Of a stretch of 45,957 bases of DNA, positions 37,919 through 45,892 are shown piece after piece (position 1 is the first letter of the stretch; each line of letters opens with the position of its first letter). The notes under the pieces are model-generated. The model worked only from the letters and a program-made list of their open reading frames with translations, did no database searches and had not been told where the DNA came from. The DNA comes from Thermoplasmata archaeon (lineage in GTDB: Archaea; Thermoplasmatota; Thermoplasmata; Thermoplasmatales; GCA-001856825): contig JAKATW010000141.1 in assembly GCA_021827945.1 (NCBI GenBank), positions 1-45,957 on the forward strand, in the 5' to 3' direction. A program made the position numbers and the translations under genes.

Positions 37919-39340
37919 TCACTTTCCTGCCGACGCCTTCTCAATTTCTAAGGGTTTGTCCGTCAGTATCTTCTTTCTGTTTATATAAGTGAAGATTATT
38001 CCAAATACCACCCAGATAGGAATAACATAGTAGACTAGAGAAATCGGCCAAGCCAGACCTAGAACGGAATAATAGCCACCAATCAAGAAGAGTATCGATG
38101 ATATCGTAGGTACAATAATGTGTGGAAGAATCTTTAATTCAGTCAAACGCCTGTAGAGGAAAGCAAGAGTCTGATTGACTATTAGATGATACAGCCACCA
38201 GAGGACGGACAGGAAGGTTCCGAACAAAAGCCACGCGTAAAACGTTCCATCATTCATTCCATAGAAGTGTACAAAGACTATCAAAGATAAAACCGTCAAG
38301 ACAACGGTAAAGGTGAAAATTGTCAATACTGCGACATACGGACTTTTGTACTTCGGATGTACTCGAGACAGAGACTCCGGTAACACTCTATCTCTCGATA
38401 GGGAAAGGAATATTCTTGCAGTTTGTGAGCCATTAAAAACTGGCGCCATTATTTGAGCAATTTCAATGACGATGAACGAGACTAATAGTACACCGCCGCC
38501 CAAGTATTTCTCCGTGAAGTAAAATCCTGGTGAAAAATAGGAAAGCGCAGTACTTAGGGAGGAACCAGCAATTGAAACTACAGAGTAAACTTCAAGAATT
38601 TCAATTCCAATAATTATTACGGCAGCTGCAACAATAGCATTCTTTATAGTCCTGAACGGAGTTTTTGTTTCCTCTCCGAACATTACTATCCCACCGTAAC
38701 CAGAATAACTCATGAATCCACCAACTACTACTGCTGTGAAGAAACCAGAGAGACCCCCCCAGGAGTTTCCAATGTTGAAATATGATATATTGTTGTTAGG
38801 GCTTATCGCTATCAGGGCTATGCTAATTGCCCCAAAAATCGCAATTTCGAACATTGATATAATAATGGCTAGATTGCCGCCGACCGACACAGACCTGTAA
38901 CCAACAACCAGATAGAGTACCGGTCCTATTAATGATGCAAGAATGACCACGTAAAGTGGAAGAGAAATGTTGAAGAGTGCCATCAGGGCAGACCAAAGTA
39001 ACCAACCCCCCAATATGCTAGTAAATGGCATCGCGCTTGACATGTACAAGATCTGTAGGAATCCCACTGTTTTACTAAAGTATTTGTTTGGAACACTCCT
39101 TTCAACGAATTTGTAATAACCTCCAGGTGTTGCAACCTTCTTGCTGTAATAATAAACTGAGACTATAGCAGCAAGCAACATTATTCCCCCGATCAAGAAA
39201 GCCATTGGAGCAACTGGGCCGGAATAAGCCATTGCAGTTGACCCGGTGATTGCAAAAGCTGAAGCTGGGAACATAACAGCTACTGCCCAAAAAACCAGCT
39301 GCCAAAAAGACAGACCACTTCTATTAAGTTCATTGGTCAT
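37919..39340 (-). CDS. APC-superfamily amino acid/amine permease
   Basis: About 12 TM helices, GGYY.FV, SYSGYGG...GEETK.P, ARI...SRD.VLP...SRVHPKYKSPY; ATG 39340 lies about 23 bp from a TATA box. Confidence 0.9.
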   Translation of the reverse strand: MTNELNRSGLSFWQLVFWAVAVMFPASAFAITGSTAMAYSGPVAPMAFLIGGIMLLAAIVSVYYYSKKVATPGGYYKFVERSVPNKYFSKTVGFLQILYMSSAMPFTSILGGWLLWSALMALFNISLPLYVVILASLIGPVLYLVVGYRSVSVGGNLAIIISMFEIAIFGAISIALIAISPNNNISYFNIGNSWGGLSGFFTAVVVGGFMSYSGYGGIVMFGEETKTPFRTIKNAIVAAAVIIIGIEILEVYSVVSIAGSSLSTALSYFSPGFYFTEKYLGGGVLLVSFIVIEIAQIMAPVFNGSQTARIFLSLSRDRVLPESLSRVHPKYKSPYVAVLTIFTFTVVLTVLSLIVFVHFYGMNDGTFYAWLLFGTFLSVLWWLYHLIVNQTLAFLYRRLTELKILPHIIVPTISSILFLIGGYYSVLGLAWPISLVYYVIPIWVVFGIIFTYINRKKILTDKPLEIEKASAGK

Positions 39341-39377
39341 AGTATATATCAAACTGTCTTTATAATTAGTCTTATTT

Positions 39378-39391
39378 TCTTACATGTAAGA
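39378..39391. promoter_or_regulatory. Perfect 14-bp palindrome TCTTACATGTAAGA, candidate operator
   Basis: Self-complementary; just upstream of the minus-strand TATA (TTATAAAG, 39358-39365) of the permease operon. Confidence 0.6.
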
Positions 39392-39740
39392 TGGTGCACT
39401 TCAATATAATTGAACAAAAATGACGTGAGATACATCAGAATAATCTCAATTAAGTGCTTTCAAACTACCTGACAGCTCTAAGATTTGAAACATATGTCCA
39501 ATGAAACTGGTAGCGATTAAGTCTTCCAAAATACTCCTAGAACTCAGAAAGTGAACTTTATGTAAATATTTCGAATTTTGTGGTGGTCCGGTTCTACCAT
39601 TTTATTCCACTCTCCATCTAGAAATGATTTTAATTCGGAAAATGTTTTTAAGATTGGTGAAAATACTGAATGTTATTTATTCAAATAACCTCAATGCAGA
39701 AAATTTAACTATAAGTAATAGATCGATTACTGCGATCTAG

Positions 39741-40442
39741 ATGTTTTACCGACTCCATTTATTGATTGAGCATAGCGAAGACTGGTCAATGCTGTGCAAG
39801 GAATTTGATGTTTCTGCAAAACCTCTACTCTATTTCCTTGCTAATATTAATGGAAGTTACGTGCGCGCTGAACTTACCAAAATTAGTTGTAATCATGACG
39901 AGTGCAAGGATGGATATTATCTGGATCAATTTGTGTACAAAGTCAAGAAGAACAAAGAAGTCTATGGAGTAGTATATTTTAATAGAGAAGACAGACATTT
40001 CAATAAGATCAGGTACATCCTCACCCTCGAAGACTACAGTTCATCAATAAGAAAACTTATCAATGATCGCCTTGGATTTTTTATCTCGACTAAAGGACAT
40101 AAGAACCTCGAGGAATTCACAGTACTATTCCCATTCGGTCGCAGAACGGAATTTGAAGAGCTCAGAGATCAACTCGACGAGATGGGAACGGTACACCTAT
40201 TTGATGTCACAAAAGTGAGCGATACGGTACTTCCTACTTATCCCCGTCTGACTCAAAGGGAAACTGAAGTGATGCAAACAGCCTGGTCCAGTGGTTATTT
40301 CAATTATCCTAAGAATATCAACCTTGAGGAGATGGCAAGAGACATGAGCATTAAAAGATCTACCCTAGATTATCATTTGCGTGAAGGTGTTAAGAAGTCC
40401 ATACAATTTCTTATTGACACGGGAATGTATGAGTGGCAATAA
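39741..40442 (+). CDS. Bat/HTH-10-type archaeal transcription regulator
   Basis: C-terminal LTQRE.EV...A...GYF.YPK...LEE.A..M.I..STL.YHLR...KK; divergent from the permease operon. Confidence 0.9.
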   Translation: MFYRLHLLIEHSEDWSMLCKEFDVSAKPLLYFLANINGSYVRAELTKISCNHDECKDGYYLDQFVYKVKKNKEVYGVVYFNREDRHFNKIRYILTLEDYSSSIRKLINDRLGFFISTKGHKNLEEFTVLFPFGRRTEFEELRDQLDEMGTVHLFDVTKVSDTVLPTYPRLTQRETEVMQTAWSSGYFNYPKNINLEEMARDMSIKRSTLDYHLREGVKKSIQFLIDTGMYEWQ

Positions 40443-40488
40443 TTCTCAAATGATTTTTGATGAGAACTCAATCGAATGGCTCTCCAGT

Positions 40489-41385
40489 TCATAAACCAAT
40501 GAATGGGATTAGAATTGATAACAAGGCTATAATCACAAAAAAGATTCCGATGAATATGTTGGTTGAAACGAAGAGTTTCATGATGCGCTTATCTGGGTCC
40601 ACCAGAGCCCTAAGATAAGATGTCAATAGAGAGAGTCCCAGAAGCACATAGATCGCGAAGACCCCGATTCCCACGTAGAAGGTAAAATAAGACCTGAATT
40701 CGAACCCGGTCAGAATCGTGACAATTACTGCCAGCAATGCAATTGGGAAGAGTATCCGCATAGACTGTTTTGTCGTACGGTTCACGGGGAGCATCGGGAC
40801 AGACGCTGCTGCATAGTCCTCCCTGTATTTGATAGAGAGGGACCAGATGTGGAGAGGGGTCCATATAAATATTGTCAGGAACATCAAGAATGCGACTACA
40901 TTGTATGAAGATGTAAATGCATAGAAACCTGCAAGTAGAGGAGCTCCCCCTGAGTACGCTCCCAGTATAATGTTCCAGGAGGTTCTCTTTTTTGAAATTA
41001 GGGAATATATTATCACGTAGTCGAAAATGCCGCTTGCCATAAATGCGAAGGACCAGAAGGATCTAAAAATCGCCATGACGAGTGTTGCGGTAATAAGGAT
41101 AAGGCCACCATAGAGTGCTATACTTGGCTTCATCCTTCCTGATGGGAGTGCTCTGTTCATCGTTCTCTTCATCTTCTTGTCAATGGATAGATCGAAATAG
41201 TTAGATATCGACTCGGCCCCCATCAGTCCCAGTGCGATGTACACCGCCACATAGAGAAATCCAATCAGATCAAGACTCCTATGTATGCTGAGGGCGAACA
41301 CTTCACCAGCAATTCCTGTTATCAGGAGAAACACCCAGACTCGTGGTTTTGTCATGATTATGAAATCGCTGACGAAATTTCCCAT
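40489..41385 (-). CDS. ctaB: Protoheme IX farnesyltransferase (heme O synthase)
   Basis: TKPRV, D..ID..M.RT.NR.LPSG, KKRT..NI..G..SG, WTP.H.W.L...Y.EDY..A.VPMLP. Confidence 0.93.
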   Translation of the reverse strand: MGNFVSDFIIMTKPRVWVFLLITGIAGEVFALSIHRSLDLIGFLYVAVYIALGLMGAESISNYFDLSIDKKMKRTMNRALPSGRMKPSIALYGGLILITATLVMAIFRSFWSFAFMASGIFDYVIIYSLISKKRTSWNIILGAYSGGAPLLAGFYAFTSSYNVVAFLMFLTIFIWTPLHIWSLSIKYREDYAAASVPMLPVNRTTKQSMRILFPIALLAVIVTILTGFEFRSYFTFYVGIGVFAIYVLLGLSLLTSYLRALVDPDKRIMKLFVSTNIFIGIFFVIIALLSILIPFIGL

Positions 41386-41757
41386 TGAGAGGGTAGTATC
41401 GAACTCTATAAATTTATGCCGTCACAATACCGGCAAACGGTCATCGTTGAATTTGATATCCAAATGTCGAAAAAGTGATGCACTTTAGAGGAAATATGGT
41501 AATCAAAGTGAACTCTGGACCAAATAAACAGAGTCGTATTCATACCGTTGCTTTTGCTCTTACACAGTATTTTTCCCCGTAAGCCAAAGGCTATTTATAA
41601 TGACGTTAGATGCAGATGGGCTGTCCGTCAATGTGCACCGAGTTCATGAGGAAACGAAGCAGAGAACTATATTTCTCCTCGTGAAATGTCAGTAAACGAA
41701 TAACGAAAGAAGGAATAGACAACCTTTCGGTATATTCTGGGGTGCGTTAAGCGATTT

Positions 41758-41829
41758 GGGCTGGTAGATCAGTGGAAGATCGCCTCCTTGGCATGGAGGA
41801 GGCCCGGGGTTCAAATCCCCGCCAGTCCA
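41758..41829 (+). tRNA. tRNA-Ala(GGC)
   Basis: Cloverleaf: acceptor GGGCTGG/CCAGTCC with G3.U70, D stem GATC/GATC, anticodon arm CCTCC-TTGGCAT-GGAGG, T arm CGGGG-TTCAAAT-CCCCG, discriminator A; CCA not encoded; no intron. Confidence 0.97.
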
Positions 41830-42704
41830 TTGACAATGTCGTAGGATTTGGGGGATTTGAACATTTTATCCTCTTTGAATAGTTTCGGGTTTTGGTCGTG
41901 CATTCGTCTTATGGCCTCTGCTGAGTCCAGTTTTGTATAGATGGCTGTTGTATCGAGTCTCTCGTGGCCTAGCATTTGACTGATGGTTTGAAGGTCCATG
42001 TTTTCCATGACCAGTTTAACGGCATATGTGTGACGGCATCTATGCCACTTGAAGCCTTTAACTCCTGTTCTCTCCCGGATCCTCTTGGAAAGGTTCTCCA
42101 TGTAAGACGAGGTTATCTTTCCCTTCCTGGTTGTAAATACGTAATTCAAGTTCTGGTGATTCCTTAAGGGTAGCCATTTTCTTATGCTCTCAAATGTGAA
42201 GGAATCAAGGTAAACATCCCTATTCTCCTCGCCTTTCCCCCTCTCAACTGTCAAATAGTTCTCATGAATATCCTTGACTTTCAAGTTGGCGATCTCGCTT
42301 GCCCTCAATCCTGTGTTGAGTGCAAGGATAATCATCGTATGGTCCCTGTTGTCTTCCAGGGTTTCACCTTTCGATCTTTCAAGTAATAGCTTTACCTCAT
42401 TGGCATCGTACCTATTTATGGTGAATTTCTTTTTTGTTCCTGGAATATACTCAAAAGTATCCCATCCCCTGAATAGTATCCACCTGTTAAGGTACTTAAT
42501 ATATCCGTTGATCTTCTGCTTAGTGGCCCCCATTCTTCTCGCTTCCTTAAGAAACTCGTGGACACTCTCTCTATTTTCCAAGTCTATGGATTTGGAAAAG
42601 AAACGGATCTTCCTAACAGCATCTTCAATGGTTGAAGCAGAGAAGTTACGTCCATACATCCAGTCCTCGAATTCAATCAATTTATTCTCAATATTTTCGT
42701 TCAT
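41811..42704 (-). CDS. int: Tyrosine recombinase/integrase
   Basis: Catalytic residues R (TGLRASE), K (RGKG), HxxR (HRCRH), H (LGH) and Y (TTAIY). Confidence 0.95.
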   Translation of the reverse strand: MNENIENKLIEFEDWMYGRNFSASTIEDAVRKIRFFSKSIDLENRESVHEFLKEARRMGATKQKINGYIKYLNRWILFRGWDTFEYIPGTKKKFTINRYDANEVKLLLERSKGETLEDNRDHTMIILALNTGLRASEIANLKVKDIHENYLTVERGKGEENRDVYLDSFTFESIRKWLPLRNHQNLNYVFTTRKGKITSSYMENLSKRIRERTGVKGFKWHRCRHTYAVKLVMENMDLQTISQMLGHERLDTTAIYTKLDSAEAIRRMHDQNPKLFKEDKMFKSPKSYDIVNGLAGI

Positions 42705-42853
42705 AACTTAAATCCCCCATTCGTATCCAAATCAACCAAAGTCGTAATGCACAATCTGACGGCATGAGATCGATTTGCTGCTTTTCCCCTTTTAACGAGA
42801 TCATCTAGGAAGGAATTCTGTTCATCCGCTATAGAGATACTAATTTTTATCAT
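42701..42853 (-). CDS. Ribbon-helix-helix DNA-binding protein coupled to the integrase
   Basis: MIKISISI.DE...FLD.LV..G...NRSHAVR..I; ATGA overlap with int; ATG 42853 preferred over 42889. Confidence 0.85.
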   Translation of the reverse strand: MIKISISIADEQNSFLDDLVKRGKAANRSHAVRLCITTLVDLDTNGGFKL

Positions 42854-42855
42854 AC

Positions 42856-42925
42856 TACTTTCACCTACTTTAGTATACACTACTGGCATAAATAACTTCC
42901 TACTTTTCCTTACTTATACTTACTT
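42856..42925. repeat. TACTT direct repeats with 10-bp phasing between the divergent RHH genes
   Basis: TACTT at 42856, 42866, 42901, 42911, 42917 and 42921; TACTG at 42881. Confidence 0.65.
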
Positions 42926-42969
42926 TTAAGCAGAAAGACGCTTAAACCAATATTTCTTCCTCCTCCGTA

Positions 42970-43146
42970 ATGAAAATTAAAGTGTCTGTTTCGATTGATG
43001 AGGAGCTTTTAGAATGGGTTGAAGTGGAGGTAGATAAGAAAAGGTTTGCCTCTGTTTCACACGCTGTGAACTTTGCGTTGAATGGTTTAAAAAAAGAATC
43101 CGGTCTGGGTGGCGTCAAGCGGCAGACGAAAGAGAAAGATAAGTAA
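42970..43146 (+). CDS. Second ribbon-helix-helix protein (58 aa)
   Basis: Not in the ORF track. MKIKVSVSIDEELLEWVEVEVDKKRFASVSHAVNFALNGLKKESGLGGVKRQTKEKDK*. Confidence 0.85.
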   Translation: MKIKVSVSIDEELLEWVEVEVDKKRFASVSHAVNFALNGLKKESGLGGVKRQTKEKDK

Positions 43147-43147
43147 T

Positions 43148-43339
43148 ATGACTTCTCAAAATAAGTGTTTCTTGATCTCTCCTGCTGGAGAAAAGAGTTC
43201 AGCAACTAGAAATAGATTAGACGATCTCATGAATTACACCACAAGGCCCGTGATGGAAGGACTCGAAATTAAACTGGAAAGAGCCAGTAAACTGGCGGAG
43301 AGGGGGAAGAAGGAAGGTCGGTTAAGTGACTCAAATTAA
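43148..43339 (+). pseudogene. Short ORF resembling the N-terminus of nucleoside-2-deoxyribosyltransferase-like/TIR-like proteins; probable fragment
   Basis: MTSQNKCFLISPAGEKSSATRNRLDDLMNYTTRPVMEGLEIKLERASKLAERG resembles the recalled pattern CFVI.PIG...S..R.R.D......I.P.......V.RAD....PG; stops after 63 aa. Confidence 0.45.
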
Positions 43340-44090
43340 AATCGGAAATCAAATCAGCGAACTCAGCTGCCTCAATTCTAAAGTAGACAAATATGCTTGT
43401 TATGAAGTTACAAACGGCAACATTGACTTTGAGTATATTGACCTTGTCTGTGACTCGCAACATTTTGCAAGATTCAGCGTCGAAAAGACAGGAAGTGACG
43501 GAGATATTACCCTAAAAGTAGGGCAGGAACAGAAAGTCCTTTCGATCTTCGTGGACAATTATAGGGCGACCGTATTGTCATTTCGTTCGTTAGATCAAGA
43601 ACAGTTTTGGCAATTTATCGGATTTGTTTCTATTAAGCATGCATATGGTGCTGCTACAGCGATCAGAGTATTGATTGAAGATTTTTTGAAATTAAATTAC
43701 TTATCGCCAGGTATTATCAAATATCTAGGAAAGAGAAATTTAAAGAAACTATATATGAAGGTGGAAAAGGACAAGACTGATCTTGCTTCAGAAGCAGTTA
43801 TGATGATAACTGTTAAGAATCTGTTTTTAACACTGATGGGTATAGATCCAAAAAGTAATGGATTAAGGGGTCACATAAACGATACCTTAAAGAAATTTTA
43901 CAGGAGTAGAGCAACGAAAAATCGACGGTTTAAGAAAGAACAATGGGAGAAGCTTAAACTTGTCTACGACACGTCTTCGAAAATTATTCATGGTCAGCAA
44001 TACGATGCATATCAACTTTTTAATGAAGTTAATGGAATTTTTGAGATTTTTAAAGAGTATTCAGAGAAAGAAGGGAAGTGGACCCAATGA
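43326..44090 (+). CDS. Hypothetical protein with a C-terminal HEPN-like helical domain
   Basis: 254-aa ORF; C-terminal LKLVYDTSSKIIHG resembles the HEPN Y..RS.IVHG motif with Arg replaced by Ser. Confidence 0.55.
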   Translation: MTQIKIGNQISELSCLNSKVDKYACYEVTNGNIDFEYIDLVCDSQHFARFSVEKTGSDGDITLKVGQEQKVLSIFVDNYRATVLSFRSLDQEQFWQFIGFVSIKHAYGAATAIRVLIEDFLKLNYLSPGIIKYLGKRNLKKLYMKVEKDKTDLASEAVMMITVKNLFLTLMGIDPKSNGLRGHINDTLKKFYRSRATKNRRFKKEQWEKLKLVYDTSSKIIHGQQYDAYQLFNEVNGIFEIFKEYSEKEGKWTQ

Positions 44091-45892
44091 GTGATAAAGA
44101 ATCTGAAGAAGTTCTTCTGGATTCAATCTCGCTACAGGTAGCAGCTCAAGTTATAAAGCACATCTCTGCAGGACTCTATAGGAGCCCGGGCAGCTCCATA
44201 AAGGAACTAATTAGCAACTCCTTTGACGCGTGTGCAACAGAAGTGAATGTAGATTTCTATCTCGGAACATTTAAGTCTACTCAGTTTGAATTCGAGAAAA
44301 TTGTTATTAGAGATAATGGGGCTGGAATGACCCTCGACACTCTCTACGAAGTTTTTACTCACATTGGCAGTAGTGGAAAAGATAAGCCTTCGACATCAGA
44401 AAACCCAGATTGCAAATTGAGGCCGATCATTGGTAGAATGGGAATTGGTATGCTTTCTGTTGCATCTGCATGTACTGGATTCGTCGTTAGAACCAAGAAA
44501 AGAGGCGAACAAAAAGAGTATACAGCTAAGATATCGTTGTCATTTTTCAAAGATAGAATACAGAGATCAGAATCTATGGACAAATCTAAGTTAGGTAATG
44601 TTGAGCTTTATTCCAGAGATGTGAACAATGACGAAAGCTATACAGAAATAGAGATAAGTGAATTCACTCCTCCTTTTCTTGAGAACATAGTGCCCACTCT
44701 TAGCACTTCTTACTTATATAACTACATAAGAGGGAAAGAAAGCTACGAAGAATACTTTGAGCTCTTTGTATATAACGTTCAACAGCAAGGAAAGCTCGCA
44801 AACGTGGCAGTGATTGATAAGTTGATTGCAGATGTTGGCACCATGGCTCCGGTTGAATATTTACCAGACGGACCAGTAAGAAAAATCATAAAACTAAACG
44901 GAAAAGAGTATCAAATACCAGGGACGGACACAAAGGAGTACGATCAATTACGTAATAAACCAAAATCATTCAATTTTAATGTCATTGCTAATATCTACGT
45001 CAAAGGTCTTGACGGTAGATCAAGGCTAAGGAATTCTTTCAAAATATACAAACCGTTCATTTATCCCGTATTAGAAGATGTGACAGATTCGGTCGATTTC
45101 GAAGACCTTGATCCATATGTTTATTTACTTCCACCAAGAGATGACAAGGTCCTAAACGATGACGGTGTTTATGAAGAAACTTCAGTTAGAGGTTACTACT
45201 ACCACCAAAATAAGAGAATTCAACCAAGCGAATTTAGCGGGCTTCTGTATCGAGTATTCAACGTAGCGCTAGGCAATGAATTTGGAGACCCGATGAAGTT
45301 CTTTGTCGACGCCTATTTGGTATTTCAGCAATCGTTTGTTGAAGTTTACTTGGACAAAGGATTTCAACAAATCGTCAACCTGGATCGAGAAGGCCTGTTT
45401 GAAGGCAGTAACATGTACAGATACTTGCGAAACTACCTTGTTAACACAATCAGAGGGGACGCTCCACCAAAACCTGCCCCGTCAAAGCCCGAAACTTCAA
45501 AGGAGGAACAGGAAAAGCAATTTCAACAAGACCAAAATCAAACCTTTAAAGATAACAAAAGAGACGCGATAGTTCCAAAAGTGAAAAGAAGAAGGAGCAA
45601 TACAAGAAAAGCCAAGATAGAAAAGAGAAGTGAGCAGGTTGAACAGCGGCTACTTGATGATTTCGGTGCCCAAATTTTGACCAAGGAAAGAACCGATGAG
45701 GTTAAGGAAATGAGGGTAGAAATTGAAGGAGATGAGTTAATCGCTTATATTCCAAAATTCCAAAAGAGGAAAGAGCTTTGGGACCTTTTATGCATAGGCG
45801 TCATAGCGAATACGAGAGACGACAATAAAATAAAGGAAAAACTTGTAAAATTTATACTTGACCTATATGAAGAAGTAGAAGTTGGGAAGTGA
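44087..45892 (+). CDS. GHKL (MORC/Hsp90-like) ATPase
   Basis: LY.SP..SIKELISNSFDA, IRDNGAGM, F..IGSS.K, IGRMGIGMLS, later NLDREG; ATG 44087 overlaps the upstream stop (ATGA); ORF track starts at GTG 44078. Confidence 0.88.
   Translation: MSDKESEEVLLDSISLQVAAQVIKHISAGLYRSPGSSIKELISNSFDACATEVNVDFYLGTFKSTQFEFEKIVIRDNGAGMTLDTLYEVFTHIGSSGKDKPSTSENPDCKLRPIIGRMGIGMLSVASACTGFVVRTKKRGEQKEYTAKISLSFFKDRIQRSESMDKSKLGNVELYSRDVNNDESYTEIEISEFTPPFLENIVPTLSTSYLYNYIRGKESYEEYFELFVYNVQQQGKLANVAVIDKLIADVGTMAPVEYLPDGPVRKIIKLNGKEYQIPGTDTKEYDQLRNKPKSFNFNVIANIYVKGLDGRSRLRNSFKIYKPFIYPVLEDVTDSVDFEDLDPYVYLLPPRDDKVLNDDGVYEETSVRGYYYHQNKRIQPSEFSGLLYRVFNVALGNEFGDPMKFFVDAYLVFQQSFVEVYLDKGFQQIVNLDREGLFEGSNMYRYLRNYLVNTIRGDAPPKPAPSKPETSKEEQEKQFQQDQNQTFKDNKRDAIVPKVKRRRSNTRKAKIEKRSEQVEQRLLDDFGAQILTKERTDEVKEMRVEIEGDELIAYIPKFQKRKELWDLLCIGVIANTRDDNKIKEKLVKFILDLYEEVEVGK

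Noticed and set aside
41811-42704. Housekeeping XerA chromosome-dimer resolvase
   Set aside because: The tRNA overlap, coupled RHH gene, AT-richer composition and accessory cargo favour a mobile-element integrase; phylogeny would settle it
42942-43205. 87-aa minus-strand ORF from the track
   Set aside because: Antisense to the clear RHH gene at 42970-43146 and featureless
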